DNA of 64,000 nt from Squalus acanthias (Eukaryota), in assembly GCA_030390025.1 (NCBI GenBank), contig JASTWF010000345.1, positions 372,001 through 436,000 of the forward strand. Direction: 5' to 3'. The position numbers and the translations under genes are program-made. Below are positions 52,621 through 64,000 of this stretch, one piece after another (positions within the stretch are counted from its first letter, which is position 1; each line of letters opens with the position of its first letter). The notes under the pieces are model-generated. The model was not told where the DNA came from. It saw only the letters and a program-made list of their open reading frames with translations, and did not search any database.

Positions 52621-53240
52621 GATGATAGGAGTAAATGGCATATAAAAGGTAAATCTGGAACACTAATACAACTAAATCATAACAGCAGGCCAAGGAGACA
52701 TATGTTTAAACTAGTAAAAGGCAAATCTACGACTGATGTTAAGAAGTTATTTTTCACACAAAGAATGATCAACACATGGAATGAACTTTTGAGTAGGATA
52801 GTCAGGTTGAAAACCGTAGAATCATTTAAGATACAAAAGGGTGAAGTGATAGGGGAGCAAAGCATCTTTCTGGTTGAATGAGCTATGATGGATTGAATGA
52901 CCTTTCTCATCTATATCTATCTTGTAATGTGTAGAGACTTGGTGGGTAGAACATCTATTGGTACAGGAAAGGCCACAGCTGCTTCCACGCAAACACACGT
53001 ATAAACTCCAAGAATGCCGAGATATTTTGATTTTGCATTAAGAAACAGTCATTGTGGCTGGGTTATTGTGTGTGCAGAATGGAGATCTGACAAAGAGGGA
53101 GGAATATTACAATACTATACTGTCATTTACTCAAAATCTAGGTTTGGGTTACTGATCACATAATATAATGGAGGATTAAGCATGTGTATGGGAAATTTGT
53201 TACACTGTGTCTTAGGCAAAGCACCGGCAGGCAGGGTACA

Positions 53241-53314
53241 TGGCTAGCATGGGGACTGAACCTGCGACCTTAGTATTATTAGTAGTACGCTCTAACCAAC
53301 TGAGCTAATAGGCC
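53241..53314 (-). pseudogene. tRNA-Ile(AAT) pseudogene, 74 nt
   Basis: Minus strand GGCCTATTAGCTCAGTTGGTTAGAGCGTACTACTAATAATACTAAGGTCGCAGGTTCAGTCCCCATGCTAGCCA aligns without gaps to vertebrate tRNA-Ile-AAT. Anticodon loop CTAATAA intact; stems damaged, partly by CpG decay. Confidence 0.88.
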
Positions 53315-53319
53315 CCCGC

Positions 53320-53416
53320 AAAATAGGGAACCCTTCATAAATTTGCGTGTCATCCTTGCGCAGAGGCCATGCTAATCTGTATCGTTCCAATTTTAGTATA
53401 TGCGCTGCCAAAGTGA
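53320..53416 (-). pseudogene. RNU6: U6 snRNA pseudogene (nt ~5 to the 3' end, 5-nt deletion in the ACAGAGA box region)
   Basis: Minus strand ...GGCAGCGCATATACTAAAATTGGAACGATACAGATTAGCATGGCCTCTGCGCAAGGATGACACGCAAATTTATGAAGGGTTCCCTATTTT matches U6. Confidence 0.95.
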
Positions 53417-54511
53417 CTTACACTGCAGTGGCACAAACTGGATAGTGTGAATATTTCACTCATGTAGCTCTTCGGCTATGGAAATAAAACAATAGCTTGA
53501 AATGTTAGCATTACAATTCAAAGCAGGGTTAAGTAGGAAATAGTAGAAACTGTGTATGTAACACATGAGCTAACACAAGAAAAATATGGGTCAGCCTTGG
53601 ACTCAAAATATAAATCCATATGTGAACGAGTTAAAAACATAACTAATAATCTTAAAAGCAGCAGTATGATTGCCTCACTATCATCATTAGAAGTCTTGTC
53701 ACTAAAGCTGTGAGATCATATGGTCAGTGCCACTAATAATCTTTTCTCTCATTGGCTATAAAATACAGATTTCAACCAAAGCAAACAAAACTGCTGATGT
53801 AGTCAAAAGGAAACATTCAGTACTGATTATGCTCTTAATTTTTTCCCCTTAAATTGGATTCTGGTTTTAATTCATAGCCTGTTGCCTGACTAGATTCTCT
53901 CGTATGCAACTGGATGGGAGAGAAGCCTCGGGACTTGATTGTGGATAACAAGGTAAATAGTTAAAATAAAATAAAATTACATGGTTGATCTAATTAGAAT
54001 CAGCCTTAAAATATACAAAAAATGTCCTGGATCTAATCATAGACGCTCCTCTATCTGTTCTGCATAACACTGTAAAACTAGAAAGGTATAATATTGACCA
54101 TATATTCAAGTAAAGCCCTCTGGTAACTCTCTTGGATAACTTCACACATGTTTGCAACATGAAATGCCTGGAGACAGTGGATGCTTGTAGACTACCAATA
54201 AGAACACTTCCACCACCCTCACGCACACAACTGCACAAAAATCACCACACGGATATGGAAATGTGTTATTTATTTCCTGCTGACCGAGCAGACTTTCTCT
54301 GCAACAGAATAATTTCCTGTTTGTCAGGATTTCTTTCATTCTAAGATCAAATATTTGTGGCTTATTGAGCATCATTAAAAGAGGAAATTTGCTCTTCTCT
54401 CTGACAGATTCAAGAAACATCTCTGACTCCTAGTTCTCTCCCCCACTCCAAGAATATTATTTTCCACACAGCAAATTAACAATTCTTGACAAAAATAACT
54501 CCAGTTATGTT

Positions 54512-54960
54512 GATAGAATGGAGAGGCTGGGGTTGTTCTCCTTGGAGCAGAGAAGATTGAGAGGAAATTTGATAGAGGTGTTCAAAATCATGAGGGGTCT
54601 GGACAGAGTAGATAGAAGGAAACTGTTCCCATTGGCAGAAGGATCGAGAACCAAAGGACACAGATTTAAGGTGATTGGCAAAAGAACCAAAGGCGACGTA
54701 AGAAAAAACTTTTTTACGCAGCGAGTGGTTAAGATTTAGAATGCAATGCCTGAAAGTGTGGTGGGGGGCAGATTCAATCACGGCTTTCAAAAGGGGGTTG
54801 TTTAAGTATCTGAAGGAAAGAAATTTGCAGGGCTACGGGGAAAGGGCGGGGGAGTGGGACTAGCTGAAGTGCTCTTGCAAAGAGCTGGCACGGGCTCGAC
54901 GGGCCGAATAGCCTTCTTCCGTGCTGTAGCCTTCTTCCGTGCTGTAACCATTCTATGATT
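54512..54960 (+). mobile_element. CR1 3' fragment
   Basis: ERLGLFSLEQRRLRGNLIEVFKIM. Tail contains an 18-bp tandem duplication at 54910-54945. Confidence 0.9.
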
Positions 54961-56527
54961 TTATTTATTTTCCCTCAAAACTAAAATAGTTTCTTTATTT
55001 TCAAAAAAAAAAGCTGAATTTAAGCCAGTGGCACAGCACATATTTATACAGTTGTATCAAATATTTATATTTCCTCTTCCAAGGGTATGGACATAATTGG
55101 AGACCAAAATATGGGACTAACTGTAAATAAGTGATTATGTACACAGCTGTACATCCATATTAAAGCCTGGCTGCATTTGTGCCTCGTCAGACTAGCTCTG
55201 CCATTACCAGTTCATTAACCAACCTTGGTGAACAGTTGACACCTTATAGCACACTCCCATAATGCTTAGAGTTGAGCTAGTGTTGATATTATAGCTGCCT
55301 GTATGATTTTAAACTTGGAAAAAGTTTTTTGTCTGTTGCAGCATTTTCTATTAAGTATTTCCAGCTGGAGACAGCAGATTGCTCAGCTTTCTATCTCTTC
55401 AAGAACAGGCACACAAGGACAAACAAAAAAAGTACCTAGGGGAAAAAAGCATAAATGAAGCAGCAAAGCTGAGTGCATCTGCCATAATTAGTCATCATCC
55501 TAATTAGAATAACATGCTTCTTTACCTGGAATTAAATGAAGAACAGCAGTTGGATTTTAATTGATTCCATACAACGGTACAGCTAACTTACATTCCAACA
55601 GTGAAGTGAGGTCTGATTCTAGCCAGCTCTGATACATTTATTTGTATTTTATGCTCAGGAAAACTGGGTCTCTCTCTAGTTACTGGTTAATCTGCTGATA
55701 CTGGAGCAACCTAAAATCACAGAATGTTATAGCACAGAAACAGAGCCATTTGACTCATTGGAGTGGATTTACCCACCCCCAACCCCCCGAGTGGACTTTG
55801 GGCTGTTGGCTGGTGGAACGCGCCAGTTAGGTGGCCGCCCAGTAGTCCTGGTGCTTTTTGAGGGCCGGGCCTTATTAACATTGAGATAGCAAGCTGCGGC
55901 CAAGGATCGAGTGCCCTGAGGTAGCCCCAATATCGAGCAGGCTGGAAGATGAGTGTAGAATAATGGCTGAGAACCAAGCTTACCACTATATTGCTAGACA
56001 AAGACAAAACATTGGTTTCAGATTTTAAAACAAACTCCTGCTGTAAATTTCCAGACAGCATGAAGTACAACAACCACAGATATGTGCGCAATGGTTGCCT
56101 ATCTTTGGTGGCCAAGAAAATAGACCATGAAGTAGTGGTAGATAATAGTAACATGAAGAAATGAAATTCACTGATTGTCCATGTGACATATGTGATGGGT
56201 AATCTGCTGCACATACTCCAAATTATGGTAAAAAGGTGGAAAAATACAACTTCATTAGTGTAAATTTACCAGTGGTCATCAATTTCAGATAGGTCATGGA
56301 TAACTAAGATTCATTTCTAGGACTTAAGAAACTAGAATACAACATCCCCAGACAATGTACATCTGGAAAAGCAAAAGTGGCTCGAGTGAGAGAAAGAAAA
56401 AAGAAACACATTGTTGGTTGACAAGGTTCAAATATATAGGCCTATCGGTTGCTGAATTGAACAATTAAATAACAGAAGGTAAAAAGTAAGCTGTGTTTAT
56501 TACTCACTGGGAGGAGATCACCACCAA

Positions 56528-57390
56528 GCAACTTGTATAGCCCTTTTAACACAGAAAGCATCCCAAGGCACTTCACAGATAGGGAGGAGAAAATAAACCG
56601 AAATAGATGAAGGAACAGATGCTGGGCCATGGACAGAGTGATTAAGAGGGCTGGCCAAGAACTTGGTCAAAAAGATTAGTTTTGAGAAAGTATTTAAAGG
56701 TTGAGAGAGAAATAGGGAGGTGGAAATAGAGAGGTGGTTGGGGTATATAGAGAGAGTTCCAGACAGTAGGGCCATGGGGACTGAAGACTCTGCCACCAAT
56801 GGAGAGGTGGGGGGAGGGGTGGGAGGAGCGGGAAAGGGCGAATGCACTAAAAGCCAGAGCCAGAAGATCAAAACAAGGTTGGAGGGGGTTGCAGAGGTAG
56901 GGTGGAAAAAGGATATAGAGGGATTTGAAGATGAAGATGAGGATTTTGAAAGGTACAAGGAGTCAATGTAGGTCAGCGAGGCAATGCTCATTGGCAAACC
57001 AAGCTAGAAGCAGCACAGTGTTCTTGTGTAAGGAGATCCTTGTACAGTTCTCTCATGAAGCAGATTAAATCACAGTACAGAGCAGGACTTAGTGCTAGAC
57101 ACGATAGGGGCAGCTGAGTTTACAGATGGTGGAGTGAAAAGGTAACTAAAGTGTGAATGAGGTTTCCTGCTCAGAGTAGCTGAGGTGAAAGTGTTGCACA
57201 AGTGGAAGCAATGTGGAGTTTGAAATTCAGCTTAGGGTTAAGCACGACACCAAGGCTTTGCATTGTCTGGTTCTGGCTGAGGGAGTCACCAGGGAGGGGA
57301 TGAAGTCAATGGCAAAGGAGTGGAATTTGCAGCAGAGACGGAGATGATGGCTTTAATCTTCCCAGTGTTCAGTTGGAGGAAGCTTTGACT
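56528..57390 (-). mobile_element. Diverged L2 3' fragment
   Basis: L2 tail at 56528-56580 and similarity to 51580-52620. Confidence 0.65.
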
Positions 57391-60060
57391 CATTGTCCTC
57401 CAACAGATGTACACTGCACTAAAGGTTTATTCTAACCTGGATAAGATCAAAGATCTAACTATAGGGCTATTCTGCAATCAAGCGTTCCTGGCAAGGAGCA
57501 CAGCTTAAATTAATGGATAGAAAATCAAAAGCTGCAAGCCTGGGAGCACCTAATTGAGGAACCAGACCTTATGGGGTATAAATTCAATGGAACTTTGGAC
57601 GGAGTGTAAAACAGGTTGCTGATTTGTTCTACCGCCAAAAATGAATTTATACCCCTATGTGTCTTTCCCTTGTTATTCCAGCCTTCTGTCGGGTTTGTAA
57701 CAATGCAGGAAATTATTAGATATTTATGGGACAATAATAACGTAACAAATTTGAAACTTCACAGTGCTAAGAAATGCTAACTTTTTTCCACTTTGCATCT
57801 AGTGACACTATGAAGCGTTCACAAGTCAGGTACAGCATAAGTTGGATACAGAATATCATTTCATGACCTACCCGTAGTAGCTGAAAGGCACATGGAGATG
57901 GTTGATTTCCTCGATCTAAGCTAGATTGAAACACAGGTCCCAGAAGTTGAAATGGCTGATCCACTACATACCTAGTCTTTAACCATCTGATCATAGGCAC
58001 AGTATACTTTCAAACTGTTAGAGGTAACATGTTATCATATTAGGAACTGAGTACTAGTACAGACAGAGAAATGACCAATTAGAGACAGAAAAAGATTTGC
58101 TAGCAGGTTATGATTCCTAGTTTCTAAATCCAATTAAACAATGTATAAAATAATGGGATAACATTAATGACGTTGTAAAATATCAATGCACAATAAATTA
58201 GAATGCAACTTACTACCATCATTGAGAGATTCTAAATAAAGGGCTCAGTGGAGTGCTTGTTCGACATGGTGTGGCACTTAACCATATAGATCAGCAAGGT
58301 TCAAGTTTGATCCCTGCTCTGTGCTGAGTTAGCTAATTTCAGCCAGGGAAGCAGTTGAGGTACTACAATGTCCCCAGGTGAGAGGAAGGTCAAAGATAGC
58401 TGTTTATCAATGACATGTACTGGAAATGTGTTTTTTTTTGTGTGCACACATATGGAGGTATAATGGGTGAGGCCAAAAATTGGGTTCAGCTCTGTTGGTC
58501 CTCCATGTTGGCATAGCCTGCTGCGGTTACTGACTAGGTTCATACATTAAAAATGACTACTTGGACAAGGTACTGCAGAGCGGCTGACACCTGTAGAAGT
58601 CTATCCTAACATAAGAACATGAGTCATTCCCTTCAGAGTTCAAAACTTGATGATAAAATGCTTTGTTTTCTTCTTTAAACATCAGAATATCACATTTTTC
58701 ATTGCATTTGGTTTAAAATAATGTACCTGCTTCAGATGATGATTATCTTTTTTAAATCAGCTAGGAACATCAGTATTTCAAAATCCAAATTAACTTCTAA
58801 ACACCTAGAGTTCTTTGAATATTTTTCACTTAATTTTACAAAGGGCACAACAGTTCTGAATCAATAAATTCACCCTTTTTAGCACTTTAGTTGGCTGGAT
58901 TGTTCAGTATTAATCTTGGAAAAGCAGTTTATATGGAAACATTTACGTGTACATTTTTACATTATTAAGGTAACGGTGTGAGAATTAAACAGTTTCCTTC
59001 AGTTAATGCTATTCATGAGAGATATGACCGGGTCAGTATGGTAGTCACCTTGTGCATTGACAGCATGATCTCAGAAACTCAAGAATTTTTTTCTAATATT
59101 CCCTCTGATCCTCTCTCCTGGACAATAAGCCCAAGAATCACTGCCAATTGAGAACTACAATTTATGATCTAATGACCTTTTAATAACTGAATCACACATT
59201 GATTACATAGTTCTATTTAATTATTCTCACTGAAACGGTTTGTTACTACTTAGTATTTACCAGCAATTGAATATCTAGTAAAATACTGTAAAAAGGGGGA
59301 AAAATTAAGATCCAAATGAACTGGTTAATTCTGAACAACTGCTTTGCTGCTTTCATACCCACATAGTCCATCTTGTCTGTTTATCTCTGATCTTTGTTTT
59401 CTGTCTGTGAGGTTTCCTCTACACATGGCAGGCAGCTGTCAGCATCAGTGAAGGGGGAGGCAAGGGTCAAAGGCCAATACAGCTGTCTTGTGTAATCATC
59501 AGGCTTCATCGACAAGCCATGAATTCCAACAGAGAGGCAGCTAGCTAGCAGCGTTGGATTATAGTACACACAAGACCACCCCCCTTCTCAAGTGTGTGAA
59601 GCAATCAACATTAAGGCCAGTTCCACTATCCGAGGCGAAATAGACCTGAAATCACTGTGCACAAAATCGGAGTGGGGAGCTGACTTCACCGGCTTGAGCG
59701 GGGTCAGTGACTTGATATAAATTATATGTGCTCCCTACCCAACTTTTCATGAGCACCGAGAGCAATATGGCTGCATGTGGGCCGGTAATAGGGAGAGCAG
59801 CAGTCCTTTCCTAAATATGCTCCTAAGCTTTTAAGTCTTGCCTGACTATTGATGGTAACGTGGAATCTCACCAAGAGTCCGATGTCAGAATTACCCCCTT
59901 CAATAAGGGGGGCACTGGATCTTTTGGTAGAAGAGGTGAGACAGAGGAGGGCATCCATAGTTGGGACAGAAGAGAATTCTGTCCGTGACTAACTGTGCAG
60001 AAGGCGTGGCAGGAGATAGCACAAGTGAATGTTGTTTCCCCATGTCTGTATGTCATGGGA

Positions 60061-61286
60061 CTCGGTAAGCTCCCCACTGGAGTGGAGCTAATCTACAGAA
60101 CAAACGGGAAACTGTTCAACCTCCGTTGCCTCCAGTCCAGATCCAAGGTCACCTCATCCTCTGTCGTCGTATTACAGTATGCAGACGACGCTTGCGTCTG
60201 CGCTCACTCGGAGGTCAAACTCCAAACCATCGTCAACACCTTCACCGAAGCGTACGAGAGCATGGGCCTCACACTAAACATCCGTAAGACAAAGGTCCTC
60301 TACCACCCTGCCCCCGCCACACAGTATTGCCCCCCCGATTATCAAAATCCACAACAAGGCCTTGGACAATGTGGGCCACTTTCCATACCTCGGCAGCCTA
60401 CTGTCAACAAGGGCAGACGTCGATGACGAAGTCCAACACCGTCTTCAGTGTGCCAGTGCAGCCTTCGGTCGCCTGAGGAAGAGAGTGTTTGAAGACCAGG
60501 ACCTCAAACCCGGCACTAAGCTCATGGTCTACAGAGCAGCAGTGATACCCGCCCTGCTGTATGCCTCAGAGATATGGACCATGTACAGCAGGCACCTCAA
60601 AGCACTGGAGAGGTACCACCAATGCTGCCTCTGCAAGATCCTGCAAATCCATTGGCAGGATAGGCGCATCAACGTCAGTGTTCTCACTCAGGCCAACATC
60701 CCCAGCATCAAAGCTTTGACCATGCTCGATCAGCTCCGATGGACGGGTCACATCGTCCACATGGCAAGAGAGCCCCAGGTGGACAGAAGAAACGCTTCAA
60801 GGACACCCTCAAAGCCTCCTTGAAAAAGTGCAACATCCCCACCGACACCTGGGAATCCCTGGCCCAAGACCACACAAAGTGGAGGAGAAGCATCCGGGAA
60901 GGCGCCAAACACTTCGAGTCTCTTCGCTAGGAGCAAGCGGAAGCCAAGCGCAAACGGCGCACGTCAACCCAAGCACCCCACCCACCCGCCCCTTCAACCA
61001 CCGTCTGCCCCACCTGTGACAGAGACTGTAGGTCCCGCATTGGACTCATCAGTCACCTGAGAACTCATTTTTAATGTGGAAGCAAGTCATCCTCGGTTCC
61101 GAGGGACTGCTTAAGAAGATGATATTGAGAGGTCGCACAACACCAGGTTATAGTCCAACAGTTTTATTTGAAATCACAAGCTTTCAAATTTCAAATAAAG
61201 CTGTTGGACTATAACCTGGTGTTGTGCGACCTCTCAATTTTGTCCACCCCAATCCAACACCGGCATCTCCGCATCATAAGAAGATG
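60061..61286 (+). mobile_element. 5'-truncated RTE-clade LINE
   Basis: YRTNGKLFNLR, LQYADD, GLTLNIRKTKVL, FPYLGS, GGQKKRFKDTLKASLK and C-terminal CPTCDRDCRSRIGLISHLRTH. 11-bp TSD ATGTCATGGGA (60050-60060, 61287-61297). Confidence 0.92.
61124..61276. mobile_element. 153-bp hairpin mini-element (Penelope-type terminal repeat derivative)
   Basis: 51-bp arms 61124-61174 / 61188-61238 with one mismatch. 12-bp TSD TAAGAAGATGAT (61112-61123, 61277-61288). Confidence 0.75.
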
Positions 61287-62206
61287 ATGTCATGGGAGCA
61301 GGTGAGAAAGATATTCTCTGGACCCAATAAGAGTTCCAAAGTTAAGTTGCCTGTAGTTTGCCAACTTATATTTAATCTATGCCCATAGTATTTGTGGCAC
61401 AAACTCTGTGCCCCCAAATGGTGCCACATCAGTGGACTAGCAAAATCCCTCACACCTTACACACCCAAACTTCTAGGTTTGTAATGCTTCATCTTATACT
61501 TTGTGACGGCCTAATAGAAAGACTTGCAAGGCACAACTGAATGCTCGTGCTGAGCACTGTGGTCACTGCTGAACAAGCAGCTGCTGTCAACAGATAAAAA
61601 GTCTCTGCAGGAGTCCTGATTGCCAAACGGCAACAGTAAACAGCAGCGGAAAGTAATAGTCAAAATAATGCACAGATTGCAGCATGAAAAGACTAAAGAA
61701 ATTCACAGCTGAAACACCATCAAACTGTCAGTCACACCTTTAAGAATCCAAGTTCTCAAGGCCAGAGCAGGGAAACCACACAGGTGAACAGAACTCTTGG
61801 TAGTGAGAAGGCCACACAAACATTGTGGAATTCACTGTGGGTCCTATTTAAATAATGACTAAAATCGAGGGAGTAACAAGACCCGCACATGTTCTTAGTA
61901 CCGCCTCCAAAACCCTCAGAAATCTTTCGATCATTGAATTTAATGCCCAGCAAATAGTCTACTTGGGCCTACTTGCCCGATTTTACAATGTAGTCTATTT
62001 ATTCTCAGTGAACCACTGGGGAATCTAACTTCTACTGGTTATTGTATTACATCACTGTGCAGCTCACTGTATATTCTGTTCTGGCCATATAGTTTCCTAT
62101 GGTTACTCCGCAATGCATGAATTTAATTGATTATTAACTTGGCTGCAGGGTGGAGTCCCTCAAAGCTGCTGAGAATTCTGACTGGACGGGACGAATGAAA
62201 AACTGC

Positions 62207-62678
62207 AAAGAAAGACAGACTTGCATTTATATAACACCTTTCACGATCACCAGACGTCTCAAAGTGCTTTACAGCCAATCCAATTAAGTACTTTTGAAGT
62301 GGAGTCACTGTTGTAATGTGGGAAACGCGGCAGCCAATTTGCCAAGAGCAAACTCCCACAAACAGCAATGTGATAATGACCAGATAATCTGTTTTTGTTC
62401 TGTTGGTTGAGAGATAAATATTGGCCGGGACACCGGGGATAACTCCCCTGCTCTTCTACGAAATAGTGCCATGGGATCTTTTACGTCCACCTGACAGAGC
62501 AGACGGGGCCTCGGTTTAGTGTCTCATCTGAAAGACGGCACCTCCGACAGTGCAGGACTCCCTCAGCACTGCACTGGAGTGTCAGCCTAGATTTGGTGCT
62601 CAAGTCCCTGGAGTGGGACTTGAACCCACAACCTTCTGACTCAGAGGCGAGTGTGCGACCAACTGAGCCACAGCTGAC
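62207..62678 (-). mobile_element. Full-length Deu-domain tRNA SINE
   Basis: Highly similar over its whole length to 41000-41464. Confidence 0.88.
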
Positions 62679-62811
62679 GCTGGAGATTCACAGACTGCTT
62701 ACTGTTCACCACTGCAGCAGCCCTGACAGCAGCCACGGAAATCGGGCGGGGAAAGGCAAAGAAAATGGTGGCTGTTTTAGTACATATTTGAAACTTACTG
62801 TTGACTTATGT

Positions 62812-63230
62812 GCCACCTTGGCTCAGTTTGTAACATTCTTGCCTCAGAATCGGAAGTTTGCACGTTCAAGCCCCACTCCATATCTTGAGCACAAATTCTA
62901 AATCGACACGCCGGTGCAGTAGAGAGCGAATGCTTCATTGTCACAGGTGCCATCCTTCGGATGGGATGTTAAACCGAGGCCCCATTCAGGTGGGGGTTAA
63001 AGATCACATGACACTATTCATAGTAGAGCAGGGTGCTCTTCTGGTATCCTGACCAACATTCCTCCCTCAAACAACATCACAAATATAGACTGACTAGTCA
63101 TTCATCTCACTGCTGCTTGTGAAAGCGGTGTACAAATGGGTTGCAGGATTTGCCTTCAACGTAATTCACTGTACATTTAGTGCTTTGGGATGTTTGCAAG
63201 ACACATGATGATGTGCTATATCAATTCATG
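62812..63230 (+). mobile_element. Old diverged Deu-domain SINE
   Basis: TGGCTCAG head, GTTCAAGCCCCACTCCA, and degenerate body and tail. Confidence 0.6.
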
Positions 63231-64000
63231 AGTTTATTATTTTAAGATATACATTTAATATTAGGAGCTCATTCACAAGGTTTTACATTATTAGTTCAAA
63301 TACACAAACTATTGAGAAGCTCTGGGTGTGGCGTACACTCATGCTACTGGAAAGAAGCAAGGTGGAGAATTTGGCCTCGTGATCATTGGGATATATTTTG
63401 CTCCGTTTGCTAATATTACTGAAAAGGTTGGCATAAGTGTAAAGGATGCTAACTTTATCTTGTTAATAGGGCTGAATCGAGCAAAATGTACTGCATTGGG
63501 ACATTATTAAATTCTGCTATCACAGAAGGTGTGTGGGCGTAAAAAAATATTTTTGATTTATGACTACTTCGGGAAGCATCTACATACATAGATCTGATTA
63601 TTGTTCTGGGAAATGTGACAACCGTACACTAACAAAAAGCTGCAAATGCAGAATATAGAATTAAATGGATCTAATTACAACTGTTTGCAGCCAGCATCTA
63701 GAGTGACTTTACTAATTGTAAAATAGCAGCTTCCAAGGCAAGAAAACTGCAACAAATCAGAGGCCATATCTCCTGCAATGGGGCAAATAAGGAGGGTATT
63801 AGCAACTAGGATGGGTAAAAGTAGGGCGAGAGTTCTATCCCCCTTCCCTGAAATCAATTAGGCAGATTGATATTCACCATGGAGCATTTTTGTCAGTTTG
63901 CTCCTTTGTTGTTTTCAGCGGTATGAAATCCTGTAATTGTGTTCCAGGAGGCAATCGCTGGATTTGGTATTCCATGATCCTTTTTTTCTGTAATTTGTTT

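Larger units (their letters stand above)
59895..61320 (+). mobile_element. Harbinger Myb/SANT-like ORF remnant, interrupted by the RTE
   Basis: ALDLLVEEVRQRRASIVG...QKAWQEIAQVNVVSP before the RTE and SWEQVRKIF after it (frameshifted). Confidence 0.6.

Noticed and set aside
53241..53416. Functional U6 or tRNA-Ile genes
   Set aside because: U6 lacks 5 nt of the essential ACAGAGA region and its first bases. The tRNA has broken acceptor, anticodon and T-arm pairing.
55717..56997. 165-aa and 159-aa minus-strand ORFs
   Set aside because: No recognisable domain; they overlap degenerate MITE and L2 sequence.
29790..64000. CDK14 coding exons
   Set aside because: No kinase-like or CDK14 C-terminal peptide found in the ORF track or by eye; short exons could have been missed.
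1..64000. CRISPR array or prokaryotic-type system
   Set aside because: No regularly spaced identical repeats with unique spacers and no operon-like ORF clusters; the sequence is vertebrate.

Overview
Eukaryotic, repeat-rich vertebrate DNA. The repeat landscape (CR1, L2, RTE and Tx1 LINEs; Deu-domain and V-type SINEs; PIF/Harbinger relics; Penelope-type palindromes) points to a cartilaginous fish (shark), which is an inference. The only intact host protein-coding gene is an intronless Frizzled-1 (FZD1, minus strand, 12380-14080) in a CpG island inside a ~9 kb nearly transposon-free block. A second repeat-free, AT-rich block (~26.0-29.8 kb) has a minus-strand splice acceptor and poly(A) signal and is probably the non-coding terminal exon of the upstream neighbour (CDK14, by synteny only). 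The rest would then be that gene's last intron. The most unusual object is a decayed retrocopy at 53208-53417: near full-length U6 snRNA fused head-to-tail, via TTTT plus a 5-nt linker, to a complete tRNA-Ile(AAT), flanked by an 8-bp direct repeat. Also notable are a three-level nested insertion with readable TSDs (59.9-61.3 kb), a young CR1 with an uninterrupted ~795-codon ORF2, and several Harbinger relics and MITEs with conserved internal hairpins. Repeat family names come from recognition of sequence and translated motifs, not database searches. Repeat boundaries are approximate unless a TSD or TIR is quoted.
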